53,164 nucleotides of DNA from Alkalispirochaeta sp. (GTDB lineage: Bacteria > Spirochaetota > Spirochaetia > DSM-27196 > Alkalispirochaetaceae): assembly GCA_965242725.1 (NCBI GenBank), contig CBDESZ010000008.1:1-53164 (forward strand). Reading direction: 5' to 3'. Both the position numbers and the translations under genes were made by a program. Position 1 is the first letter of the stretch. Each line of letters opens with the position of its first letter. Under the pieces are notes generated by a model. That model did no database searches and had not been told where the DNA came from. It was given only the letters and a program-made list of their open reading frames with translations. Positions 1-10,268 of this stretch are shown piece by piece.

Positions 1-1703
1 CGGGCGTGTTCTCCTCTATCAGGAAGATCACATCCAGGTCCCCCAGTACAAAATTACAAGGCAGAACCTCGACGCCGAGAAGGACCGACCTGTCGGCAGC
101 CGTCGACCGGGCCAGCACGGACATCGAAGAGCTGAAGAACAGCTCCGATCAACAGTTGGAAACAGGATGAAGTGCGTCTCCTGGACACCCACCTCATGAT
201 GCTCCAGGATCCGACCTTTTTTGAATCGGTTCACCGGAAACTGGAACAGGAGCTGCTTAACGTGGAATGGTTCCTCTACCAGACGGTGGTTGAACTGCTT
301 GAGAAGCTGGGTCAATCAAGCGATACCTACCTGCGGGAGCGAACGGCGGATATCCACGACGTGTCAAAACGTGTCCTGAACCACCTCCTGGAGCGGGACC
401 GCACCGATCTCTCCGATCTGAATGAAGAACGTGTTCTCGCCACCCCACGATCTCATGCCTTCCGACGCCCGTTTCGATGAACAAGAGAATGGTAAAGGCG
501 ATCGTCATGGACGCGGGAGGCAAGACCTCCCATACCGCCATCATCGCCCGGAGTTTTGAAATTCCCGCCGTCCTCGGACTCTCCTCGATCACCAGGCTCG
601 TCCAGGGAGATGAACAGATTATCGTCGACGGCAACAGCGGCGTCGTTATCGTCGATCCCGATGAAGAAACACTCGAGAAATATCACCGGATCCTCAATCG
701 CTGGCAGGAACATGAAGTGCGGCTCATGCGCCTCAATACTCTGCCCGCAGAGACGAGGGACGGGAAGCTGATATTCCTCAAGGGAAATATCGAAATTCCC
801 GAAGAGGTCGACGGCGTCATCAACCATGGCGCGTCGGGAATCGGCCTCTACCGGTCGGAGTTTCTCTTCCTGCGGCCATCGGGACTGCCGACTGAGGATG
901 AGCAGTACGAGGCGTACAAGCAGGTGCTGGAGGCGATGGAGAACCGCCCCGTCACGATTCGAACCCTGGATATCGGCGGGGACAAGTTCAGCGAAAAGAT
1001 CGGAACCCACAACGAGAAGAATCCGATTCTCGGATGGCGGGCGATACGGCTGTGTCTCTCGCGGCTCGACCTCTTCAGGACGCAGTTGCGGGCCCTCCTG
1101 CGGGCGAGCATGCACGGCCGCCTCCAGATCATGTTTCCGATGATTTCCGGCGTCCACGAGCTTAACAGGGCACTGGATATCCTTTCGGAAGTCAAGGATG
1201 ATCTGCGTTCCGAGGAGATTCCCTTCGCCGACGAGATCCCCGTGGGAATCATGATAGAAGTACCCTCGGCGGCGCTTACATCGGATATCCTGGCGCGAAA
1301 GGTTGACTTCTTTTCAATCGGAACCAACGACCTCATTCAATATACGATCGCCGTGGACCGGGGAAACGAGCGCGTCGCCTATCTGTATGAGCCCTTTCAC
1401 CCCGGGGTGATCCGTCTCATAAAGACGATCATTGACAACGCCCATGCGGAAGGACTTTCCGTGGCGATGTGCGGTGAAATGGCCGGTGATCCCCTTGCAT
1501 CGGTGGTACTTCTTGGACTGGGGCTGGATGAGTTCAGCATGAGTGCCGTCGGCCTGCCGGAAGTCAAACAGATTATCCGGTCGGTGAGCCTCGCCGAAGC
1601 AGAAGAGCTGGCCGGTCGGATCATGGAGTTGCGTGACACCGACGACGTCGACCGCGCGGTCAAGGACTATATGCAGCAGCGATTTGATCTGGAAGTGTTT
1701 TAA
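1..1703 (+). CDS. ptsI: PTS enzyme I, phosphoenolpyruvate-protein phosphotransferase (5' truncated by window; several apparent frameshifts)
   Basis: Motifs GGKTSHTAIIARS (phospho-His), GIGLYRSEFLF, TIRTLDIGGDK, NPILGWRAIR, DFFSIGTNDLIQY and MCGEMAGD. The N-terminal domain (YLRERTADIHDV) is in ORF 172..480. The frame is restored by removing single extra bases near 90, 161, 445 and 469. Confidence 0.95.
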
Positions 1704-1705
1704 CT

Positions 1706-3057
1706 ATGAATCAATTATACAGAATATGCATCGCCGGTCGTCCCAATGTGGGTAAGTCGACCCTTTTCAATAGAATGTACGGGCGGCGTCACGCCATCAC
1801 CGACAGCATGCCCGGCGTGACCCGCGACGCCGTCGCGGTGGAAGCTGAGCTTCTTGGCCGGCCGGTGCTTCTCGTTGATACCGGCGGGATCGGCGAGGGT
1901 GAAGAGCAGCTCAATCGTCAGGTCTACGAGCGAAGTCGCAGCGAGATCGCCCGGGCGGATCTCGTGCTCCTGCTCATGGATGTAACCGATATTACCGGGG
2001 AAGACGAGGAACTTATCGATCTCGTCCGACGGTCGGGGCGCCCCGCCGTTCTTGTCGTGAACAAAGTGGACAATGAGAACCGCACCCATCTCCTTGGGGA
2101 GTTCATGAGCTACGGCATTCCCGATGTGGTATCCATGTCCGCGGCACACGGGTTCGGAATGGACGACCTGGAGGAGGCGCTGGAACGGTACCTTCCCCCC
2201 CTGCGCGACGAGGAGGATGCCCCGGAGGAAGAGGCGGATGAGGAAGCCCCGGTGGAGCGGCACGTTCCCGATAAAGTAGTGCGTCTGGCCATCGTCGGTC
2301 AGCCCAATACGGGTAAGTCCAGCCTGTTGAACCGCTTCATTGGAGAGGAGCGGGCGATCGTATCGGAGCTTGCCGGTACGACCCGGGACGTGGTGGAAGC
2401 GACCTTCACATACAAGGCGGTTCAATTTGCCGTTGTCGATACGGCGGGAATACGGCGCAAGTCCAGGGTCAGGGAGTCGGTGGAGTACTACGCCGTGCAG
2501 CGCGCGCCCTTGATACGATCGAAGCGGCGGAACTGGTGATTCTCCTCATCGACGTCATGAAAGGGCTGAGCGACCAGGACAAGAAGATTGCCGCCAGGAT
2601 CGCTGAAAAGGGGCGGGGCGTCGTTGTGGCGCTCAACAAGTGGGACCTCCTCACCGACGACGTCGACAATCAGCAGAACGCGATCACCGACCGTATCCGA
2701 TTTCTCTTTCCCGTCTTTCAGCACGTCCCTATCGTGCCGATCTCCGCGTTGACCGGGGACGGAGTGGAGACGCTGCTCAACCGCCTCGTTCACATACGGG
2801 GAGAGCTGCATCGAAGGATAGACACGGGTCCCCTCAACCAGGCGTTGCAACGGTGGCTTGAGGAAACACCGCCTCCCTCGGGGAAAAAGCCGATCAAGAT
2901 ACGGTACATGACGCAGGTTTCCACCAATCCGGTCCGGTTTGTGCTCTTTGTCAATCGAAAAAAAGCGTTTCCCGAGTTTTACCTTCGATATATCATGAAT
3001 CGAATACGTGACGATTTCGACTATCATCACATACCGTTCTTTGTCGAAGTTCGCTGA
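1706..3057 (+). CDS. der: Ribosome biogenesis GTPase Der/EngA (apparent frameshift ~2505)
   Basis: Two GTPase domains (GRPNVGKS/DTGG/NKVD and GQPNTGKS/DTAG/NKWD), an acidic linker and a KH-like tail (KIRYMTQVSTNPVRFVLFVN). ORFs 1706..2539 and 2536..3057 join if an extra GC in cagcgcgcgccctt is removed. Confidence 0.95.
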
Positions 3058-4370
3058 TGGCCTGGTTCCGTAGTCGTGAATTACTGGATGTCCTTGATGT
3101 AAAACCCCATGTTTTGCGGTACTGGGAGCAGCAATTGCCCCTTGTCCGGTCCAGTCGCGACGACACGGGACATCGAGTGTGGAGTTCCGCCCAGGTACGC
3201 ATGCTCAGACGCGTGCGGCATCTCGTCGTTCGGCGGGGAATGTCGGTTCAGGCTGCGGGAGAATTGATCGTCCGGGAGGCGGAGACGACGCCGGGTAACG
3301 TCAAAGGCCGGTTGGAGGCGCTCAGGGATGGTCTGCTGGACGTCCTCGGGCGACTGCGCGCCGGTACGGCATCGGAGACGGGCGGTTCTCCCGCCTCCCG
3401 GGGCGATGCTCGGGATGCGGTTCCGGCGGAGGCGGAATCTCCGGAGGATCCCTCCTTCCCGATACCCATGGATTTCCCGGAACGGGCTGCGCGACGTCTT
3501 CGCCGGCCGAATGAGGCGCTCATGGGCCCGCGTATGATCGGCTCCTCCGACGACGGGATATCTCCTTCTACCTTTATCCCGTTAGAGGATACACTGCTGG
3601 TGGCGTACCGCCACCTCTTTGCCTGCACCACCGGCGACCGGACGATCACACATACGATACCTCGGGTCCTCAGGGATATTCTCTCCCTGCGATTGTCCGG
3701 AAAGACGTGTCCCGTCGTCGTGTGTGCCCCATACGAGGAGTATCACGCCTACCGACGGGCGCTCGGCGCCGGAATTCACGTCCTTCCCGTCAGGAGTTTC
3801 ACCGCCCGTGGGCGAAGATGGTTCTCTCCGACTGCGGCAACCCTTTCAGCCCTCGTTGCGGCAGCGCCGGAGCTTTCGGGTTTCACGGCGGGCGGAATTC
3901 GTCGTATCTACCTCTGGGCGCCGGAGAATCCCGATTCACCTCTCGACATCTCCACCATTCCCCGGGACAACCGTCTTGAGGAAACCGCCGTCACGATTCT
4001 CGCTCACGCCCATTCCGACGGGTACATCCTCGACGAGAGCTTCATCATCGATTTCCCCGCGGAAGGGGAGGAAGAGAATTTCCCGGGCGGCGTGAAGGGT
4101 CTGCTGGAGGTGGGGCGGTGGTCCGTCGGTCCCGTCAGGAGGAACGGAGTCGGGAAAAGAAGAGAAATCGAGTCAGGTATTGATCAACCCTCCGTCGATG
4201 CCGATAGTATGGAACAGGGGTGGAGGTACGACGTGTGGATACGTGACTTTCTCACCGGTCGGTATCGGTGGATCGTCGTTCCCCGCAGCAACCGCCCCAA
4301 ACTTTGGAGAGGATATGACTGGATTCAACAACTTCCCGCGGTTTGGCCGGAGATCGGGCGGCGGGACTGA
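3057..4370 (+). CDS. MerR-family HTH protein with a C-terminal degenerate UDP-sugar pyrophosphorylase-like domain
   Basis: N-terminal LDVLDVKPHVLRYWEQ...GHRVWS...GMSVQAA matches the MerR HTH pattern. TGATG overlap with der. The C-terminal similarity was judged by eye only. Confidence 0.75.
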   Translation: MAWFRSRELLDVLDVKPHVLRYWEQQLPLVRSSRDDTGHRVWSSAQVRMLRRVRHLVVRRGMSVQAAGELIVREAETTPGNVKGRLEALRDGLLDVLGRLRAGTASETGGSPASRGDARDAVPAEAESPEDPSFPIPMDFPERAARRLRRPNEALMGPRMIGSSDDGISPSTFIPLEDTLLVAYRHLFACTTGDRTITHTIPRVLRDILSLRLSGKTCPVVVCAPYEEYHAYRRALGAGIHVLPVRSFTARGRRWFSPTAATLSALVAAAPELSGFTAGGIRRIYLWAPENPDSPLDISTIPRDNRLEETAVTILAHAHSDGYILDESFIIDFPAEGEEENFPGGVKGLLEVGRWSVGPVRRNGVGKRREIESGIDQPSVDADSMEQGWRYDVWIRDFLTGRYRWIVVPRSNRPKLWRGYDWIQQLPAVWPEIGRRD

Positions 4371-5676
4371 CCGCCATCCATCGCTCGTCTGCCTCGCACT
4401 GTTGTGGGGGATATTCTTTTTCTCCGTCCCCGACGACGCCGCGTCGTTTTCCTTTCCCGACACCTCCCATGCGCGACGGTCGGTACTGAACGACCTCTAC
4501 GCAACATTTCACACGCCGGACGGGGAAGATAACGACCCGGAGCGACAACTCATTTCATCGCCATGGGGTTCACCGGTGCTGTATCGCCGGGAAGAGCAAA
4601 ACGGGAATCGTTACGACATTTTCATTCCCGCCGGTTCCGACGACCTCCAGATAGCCGCCCCGGGAACGTACGTCCTACGGCGGCGGATCGCCGACAACGC
4701 CTTTGACCAGATAAAGATATTCCTTCAGCGCGATGAGGGTTCGTTTCTGCGCCTCCGTCCGGAAGGCAGGACGCTCCGCATGGACGTTCATATCGCCAAT
4801 ACCGTGATGTATCGCAATGTGCCCGTACCGATGAGCATGAATCGCGCCCTGACGGCGCCGGTTGAGTCGCTTATACGGGAGACGACGGGGATCGTCGACT
4901 GGTCGCTGCTGGAGGTATATCCCGACGAGAGCGGTTACGCGGAGATCCGTCACATGGTTGAGGAGATCAGACGTGCCCTGCCGGGGCTCCCCAATGCGGA
5001 GGACGGCGCGATGGACGCCGAGGGAAATCTCGTGTTTATCGAATCCCTGGTCTCCCAGGAGCGGCTGCCCGGATTCAATTGCTCCGGTTTTGCCAAGTGG
5101 GTTGTAGACGGCGTCTACCGCCCCGAGACGGGACGATATCTGCCCATAGAGCCGCTGAAAGAGAAACATCTCGGACTGCGGGGCACGGCGTGGAGCGAGC
5201 CCCTTGAGGATGCCCGGGATCCCTATTTCGGACTGGACTGGACGAGAAATCTCGCCGTTCATATGGCCGCAACGCGACGGAATGTGGATCCCGCGATCAT
5301 CGGGCGGGAATCCCTTGATGTGCGGGATGTCCCGACGGCCGCCTATGTGGAAGACGTGGGCTATCCCGTCGATGCGCTCTCCTCCGTTCTCTATTGGCTC
5401 GCCCTGCGTGAACCGGGGACTTTTTATCTCGGGAGCGTCAATCGCCTCTTCGGAGAAGCCCCTGTGTTGCGGCAGCATACTCATGTTGTCGTTCTCTTTC
5501 CCTATTTTGACGGCGAGGGCCGGTTTCACACGGCCGTTATGGAGCGTAATGTTGAGACCGATATCCAATCACTGGAACGGCGGTACGGTGACGACTTCAT
5601 CCACCTCGTTCGCGTCGACGCATCCGCCCGTTTTGAAGCGCCCGGATTCGCTGAAAATTCCCTCTCCTCCCGTTGA
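4315..5676 (+). CDS. Exported hypothetical protein with GFNCSGF (NlpC/P60-like) motif
   Basis: ORF 4180..5676. The likely start is ATG 4315, which follows GGAG and precedes a basic then hydrophobic signal-like segment (PSLVCLALLWGIFFFSV). Start uncertain. Confidence 0.7.
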   Translation: MTGFNNFPRFGRRSGGGTDRHPSLVCLALLWGIFFFSVPDDAASFSFPDTSHARRSVLNDLYATFHTPDGEDNDPERQLISSPWGSPVLYRREEQNGNRYDIFIPAGSDDLQIAAPGTYVLRRRIADNAFDQIKIFLQRDEGSFLRLRPEGRTLRMDVHIANTVMYRNVPVPMSMNRALTAPVESLIRETTGIVDWSLLEVYPDESGYAEIRHMVEEIRRALPGLPNAEDGAMDAEGNLVFIESLVSQERLPGFNCSGFAKWVVDGVYRPETGRYLPIEPLKEKHLGLRGTAWSEPLEDARDPYFGLDWTRNLAVHMAATRRNVDPAIIGRESLDVRDVPTAAYVEDVGYPVDALSSVLYWLALREPGTFYLGSVNRLFGEAPVLRQHTHVVVLFPYFDGEGRFHTAVMERNVETDIQSLERRYGDDFIHLVRVDASARFEAPGFAENSLSSR

Positions 5677-5696
5677 CGGACCGTCTCCGGGGGCAA

Positions 5697-5725
5697 TTGA
5701 ATCTGTGCCTTCCGTGGGATAGACT
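5697..5725 (+). promoter_or_regulatory. sigma70-like promoter; ATG 6 nt after the -10 (probably leaderless)
   Basis: TTGAAT(5697-5702)-N17-TAGACT(5720-5725)-cgccat-ATG(5732); no Shine-Dalgarno. Confidence 0.55.
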
Positions 5726-5731
5726 CGCCAT

Positions 5732-8590
5732 ATGTATCGAAGAACCCTTGGGTTGCTGGCGTTCATGGTTACGGTGACCCTCGCGATTCCGGCGGATGAT
5801 CGGGAGCTCTTTGATGAGGCTCAACGGAGATTTGACGCCGGAGCGTATACCCTTGCCCTTGAACAGTTTCAGTCCTTGCTTGATGAGTATCCCGGGTCGA
5901 ATTTCGCCACCCGGGCGCAGCTCCGCATCGCCCAAAGCCATTTCTACCTTGGCGAGCGTGAACGGGCCCTGGAAGTATTGCAGCGGGCGGCCGTTCGGGC
6001 CCGGGGAAGCGGTGCCCTGGGACAGGAAATTCGTCTCTGGATAGGCCTCGTCAGGTTTCAACTCGGACAGTATGAACGGGCGGCGACTGATTTTACCCAG
6101 TACATCTTTTCCGGAGGCAGTCAGGAATCCAGGGCGCGTCTCTACCGGGGTATGAGTCGCCTGGAAACTGACGATGCGGCGGGGGCCCGGGAGGATCTGG
6201 AACGGGCCGTGGACGGTCTTGACGGCGGCGAGCGCGGATTTGCGGTGGCAACGCTCTTTTCCCTTCAGAACCGTCTCGAAATGTACGATGCGGTGATACG
6301 TCGCTTTCCCGGGGAACGGGAACGGGGCATCGCCGGTCAGTACGAAGAACAAATACTTCGCCTCGCCGCCGACGCCTATTACCATGAGGGCGACCGTGAT
6401 CAGGCGGCGGCTCTGTACCGGGAGCTTGCAAACTTCTCGACGGCGAGCGCCCAGTGGGCATACCAGCAGCTGTACCGCATGGCCGTTCAGGCCGGAGACC
6501 GGGGACAGATGGACGCCGTCTTTCGTGACGCGGAACGCCGTCTGTCTGCGGAGCCGGAACGGCTCAGTTCCTTCTGGCTGACCCTCGGTGCCGATGCCGT
6601 CGAGGCTGAGCGATACGAACTGGCGGAATTTTACCTCTCCCGCCTTTGGAACATCCGATCTCAGCAGAGCGTATCCGGCCGGGTTCCCCTTCTACTCGCC
6701 CGGGCGCTTGAAGCGCAGGGCAGGGCGGAGGAGGCCCTTGAAATTCTTACCACCTCCCTCTCGGACTCAGGCGTACGGCATGACGACGGCAGTGCCAGAT
6801 ACCTCGCGGCAACTCGCCTTCAGTTGCGCCTGAACCGGCCGGACGCGGCGCTGGAGACGATAACCTCCTATTCCCGGTACCGCGATGAAGGTGCGACGCT
6901 CTATGCGTGGAGCCACGCCGCGTTTCGCGCCGGGGAGTATGAGACGATCATAACCGCCCTTGAGCGGCCGGTAACGCAGGCGTTCGCCAGGGAGATTCCG
7001 GGTCTCTACAGACTTCTGGGACGTTCCCTTCTGGCGCGCGGAAATCCACGGGAAGCGGTACGGGTCTATCGCTCCTACCTCGCGATGGTACCGGATGATC
7101 TCAATGCGCGGGTGGAACTTGTCCGGGCCCTCGTCTCGGCGGAACAGTTTGCGGCGGCGCTGCAGGAAATAGAACGAATGGACAGGCCCCGCCTCGACGA
7201 GGCGCGAAGGAATGAGCTGTCCTATCTGGAAGGGCTCACACGCTTTCAGAACGGTGAGTATTCTCACGCTCTCGATGCATTCTCGGAGGTTTCGGACAAC
7301 GCCTATGAGCCCATGCTCTCCTACCACGTGGCGTGGAGTCTCTACCGCACGGGTAGTATCGATGAAGCTGGTCGGCGTATCGCCGCAGTCAGGGAGGCGC
7401 TCCCCGGGGATGTCTACATAGACGGATCATATCTGTACGCCTGGACGCTCTACCAGCAGGATCGGACGTCCCGGGCGATCGAGGTGCTCCTGCCCCTCCT
7501 TGGAAACGATCCGTCGGCGGAGCAGCGGGTGGCGATCCGTGAGCTTCTGGCCTCGTCGTATCTCGCCGTCGGCGAAGACGAGGACGCACTGCGGGAGTAT
7601 CGACGTATCGTCGACGAAGCGGAGGGAGACGGACGGCCCGTCTACTGGGGCAGATACGCCTCCGTCCTCGCGTCCCTGGGACGGGAGAGCGAGGCGGTCG
7701 GTGAATACGATGAAATTGCGCGGCAGTTTCCCGGCACGGAACCGGGAAGGGAAGCGCTCCTCGAGGCGGGGCAAATTCTCTTTACCGCCGGCAGGTACGG
7801 CGACGCGCGCGACCGCTTCCGTGACTATCGAAACCGGTATACCGACGGTTCATCCTATGACAGAGCCCTCTACTGGGGTGGTCAGAGTTCCCTCGCTCTG
7901 GAGGAGGGAGAACGGGCGCTCCTCTGGTGGGAGCCGCTCATTCTCGAGTATCCCCGAAGCCCCTTTACGCCCCGGGCGCTCTTCCAGAGTGCGGAGATCC
8001 ACGAAGACCGCAACAGGACACGGGAGGCGCTGGAACTGTACGACCGGTACGTTGCGGCCTATCCGGACGGACCGGATGTGGACGCGGCGGAACGACGGAG
8101 ACAGACGTTGCGTCTCGCCCAGGCGGGTCTGACGGAACGGGAAGCGGCGTTGTGGACGGAACTGGATCCCGATGCGGGGGAGGGACCGCCACCGGGCAGC
8201 GAACGGTGGTTCCAGCTCGTCCTTGAGCTGGGGCGTATCGCCATACGAGAACAGATCGCCCTGAGTTTCCAGCGGACGAGGATCATTCCCGAGCTCGAAC
8301 GGGCCGGCGGCTATTCCGGCGAGAGTGCGGCGACGGCAAACATCCTCCTCGCAGAGTACTATCAGCGCCGGGGCGAGACGCGCCGGGCGATTGAAAGCTA
8401 TATCTCCGCCGCCGCAACGGACGGTGCGTCCGAGGAGTTGCGGGCACAGAGTCTTTTCCGCCTCGCGGAAGTCGCCGATGAGGAGGGAGACCGGACAACG
8501 GTGGAAGAGGCGATCAGACAGCTGGAGACGCAGTTCCCCGATACGATCTGGGCGGACCAGGTTGACAGGTTCCGAGGAGGCGTCCAATGA
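5732..8590 (+). CDS. Large exported tetratricopeptide-repeat protein (BamD/CpoB-like repeats)
   Basis: Signal peptide MYRRTLGLLAFMVTVTLA, followed by many TPR units (ALEQFQSLLDEYPGSNFATRAQLRIAQSHF, EYPRSPFTPRALFQSAEIH, YVAAYPDGPDVDAA). Confidence 0.88.
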   Translation: MYRRTLGLLAFMVTVTLAIPADDRELFDEAQRRFDAGAYTLALEQFQSLLDEYPGSNFATRAQLRIAQSHFYLGERERALEVLQRAAVRARGSGALGQEIRLWIGLVRFQLGQYERAATDFTQYIFSGGSQESRARLYRGMSRLETDDAAGAREDLERAVDGLDGGERGFAVATLFSLQNRLEMYDAVIRRFPGERERGIAGQYEEQILRLAADAYYHEGDRDQAAALYRELANFSTASAQWAYQQLYRMAVQAGDRGQMDAVFRDAERRLSAEPERLSSFWLTLGADAVEAERYELAEFYLSRLWNIRSQQSVSGRVPLLLARALEAQGRAEEALEILTTSLSDSGVRHDDGSARYLAATRLQLRLNRPDAALETITSYSRYRDEGATLYAWSHAAFRAGEYETIITALERPVTQAFAREIPGLYRLLGRSLLARGNPREAVRVYRSYLAMVPDDLNARVELVRALVSAEQFAAALQEIERMDRPRLDEARRNELSYLEGLTRFQNGEYSHALDAFSEVSDNAYEPMLSYHVAWSLYRTGSIDEAGRRIAAVREALPGDVYIDGSYLYAWTLYQQDRTSRAIEVLLPLLGNDPSAEQRVAIRELLASSYLAVGEDEDALREYRRIVDEAEGDGRPVYWGRYASVLASLGRESEAVGEYDEIARQFPGTEPGREALLEAGQILFTAGRYGDARDRFRDYRNRYTDGSSYDRALYWGGQSSLALEEGERALLWWEPLILEYPRSPFTPRALFQSAEIHEDRNRTREALELYDRYVAAYPDGPDVDAAERRRQTLRLAQAGLTEREAALWTELDPDAGEGPPPGSERWFQLVLELGRIAIREQIALSFQRTRIIPELERAGGYSGESAATANILLAEYYQRRGETRRAIESYISAAATDGASEELRAQSLFRLAEVADEEGDRTTVEEAIRQLETQFPDTIWADQVDRFRGGVQ

Positions 8591-10239
8591 AATCCTTCTG
8601 TAAATTGGTATCGCCCCGTGTGGTGCTTCCGGTGATGATGATGGTCCTCTCTCTTTCCGTCCACGGACAGGAAGGGGGACTCGCGGACCTGGCGCCGGAG
8701 CGCGCGGAAGGTACGGTTACCCCCATTGCCGCCGCGGTGCGGCACCTTCCGGAACTTCCGGAAATACCCATTGAGGATTCGGTCTTTCTCGTCTCCGTCG
8801 GAGAGGTGGAACTTCCTTCAAACGAGGTGCCCCTTCCCGAAATTCCCCGGGATGCCGTAACTCCCGCCGGATTGATCGCCGAGCAGGACCAGGTGTTCTT
8901 TAACGCGACCCTCGGCGGTGACAGCGTCAACGGTATACTGGGAAGCATTAACGTCTATCGTCTCGGAGAGGGACCGCAATTCAGAGTGGGCTACGATCAC
9001 AGCGCCGCCGACGGCTTCAATCTCGAGCGGCCGGGCACCGGCTTTTTCCTCGAGGAAAACCGCCTTGATGCGTGGCTGCGGTTGGGCGGAGATGATCCGT
9101 TGCAGCTGGAAGTGGACGGCCGGTACGCGGACCAGAGGTTCGGCCTTCAGCAGCTCTCTCCCTACTATTCTCAGGATACCAGGGAATTTCTCGGAGAAGT
9201 GCGGGGACGGTACGTCCCGGAAACGCGATTCGGACTGGAAGGAGTTCTCACGTACCAGGATGAACAACGGGTGCTCTCCACCGGTGACTCGGGACAGTCC
9301 CCGGTGAGAAACGCCTACCGGAAAGTTCAGCCACTGCTGACGGCGACACTGGAGTGGCCGCGGTTTCGCGCCGAATTGCGCGGACGGTACAGCGGAGCCT
9401 TTCCGTCGGACATGGGACTCTCTTCCACGTCCATCGTTGACGGTCGACTCTCCCTCGAGGGTGTTCCCCTGGAAGGGGTGACCATCGGTGCCCACTCGTC
9501 GGTTCTGTACCGTTTTGATGAAGGTCTCTTCTTCCCCGCCGAGGGATACCTCTCATACCGCGGTGACGAACGGTGGAGCATTGATCTCGCCGGGGGATAC
9601 CGGGTGGAGGAAAACGATCCGACCCGCTATTGGTCATCATATCCCGCTTCCGACTGGGAGCCCGACAAATCGATAGAGGAAGAGCGGGTGCCCGGTACGG
9701 AGGTTTTCTTCCTTGACGGTGAGGTAGGCGCGACGGTCATCCCCGGCGTATTCAATCTCCGTGGCAGCCTGGGACAGACATATTACACCCAACGGCTGGT
9801 GCCCCTTCCCTTTGACGGCGGGACCCAGAATTACCCCTATCAGCTGCGTTCCTTCACCGCCCTTGACAGTGAGCTGCGCGGGGAATTCACCATAACTGAA
9901 CGGGTAGGATTCCAGGCCGGATGGTCCGCCTCATGGGAGGATCGTCTCCCCGGCGAGGCAGCGCACACAGCCGACGCGGGACTGTCCGCCGAGATGGGTG
10001 ACGTATCCGCGGCGGTCAACGCCAGGATTCCCGTCGTGGAAACGGAAGTGTTGCCCCGGGTTGATCTGGAAATCAGGTACGAAATGTTCAGGGATGTGGA
10101 AATGCGTTTCTTCGCCAACGATATTCTTGCACCGGGCCTTGAAGAGGGACGTTCGCTGCGAAATGTAACCCCCGGGGCGGAAGATCCTTTTATAGATACG
10201 GGTTTTCAGCTTGGCGCTGCCGTCAGGGTAAGTTTCTGA
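8587..10239 (+). CDS. Putative outer-membrane beta-barrel protein
   Basis: Signal peptide, then a Pro/Glu-rich N-terminal segment, then alternating aromatic/Gly beta-strand-like segments. The C-terminus FQLGAAVRVSF is a BAM beta-signal-like end. ATGA overlap with the TPR gene. Confidence 0.7.
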   Translation: MKSFCKLVSPRVVLPVMMMVLSLSVHGQEGGLADLAPERAEGTVTPIAAAVRHLPELPEIPIEDSVFLVSVGEVELPSNEVPLPEIPRDAVTPAGLIAEQDQVFFNATLGGDSVNGILGSINVYRLGEGPQFRVGYDHSAADGFNLERPGTGFFLEENRLDAWLRLGGDDPLQLEVDGRYADQRFGLQQLSPYYSQDTREFLGEVRGRYVPETRFGLEGVLTYQDEQRVLSTGDSGQSPVRNAYRKVQPLLTATLEWPRFRAELRGRYSGAFPSDMGLSSTSIVDGRLSLEGVPLEGVTIGAHSSVLYRFDEGLFFPAEGYLSYRGDERWSIDLAGGYRVEENDPTRYWSSYPASDWEPDKSIEEERVPGTEVFFLDGEVGATVIPGVFNLRGSLGQTYYTQRLVPLPFDGGTQNYPYQLRSFTALDSELRGEFTITERVGFQAGWSASWEDRLPGEAAHTADAGLSAEMGDVSAAVNARIPVVETEVLPRVDLEIRYEMFRDVEMRFFANDILAPGLEEGRSLRNVTPGAEDPFIDTGFQLGAAVRVSF

Positions 10240-10268
10240 TTTTGGTATGTTAAATAGGAGTCATTGCA

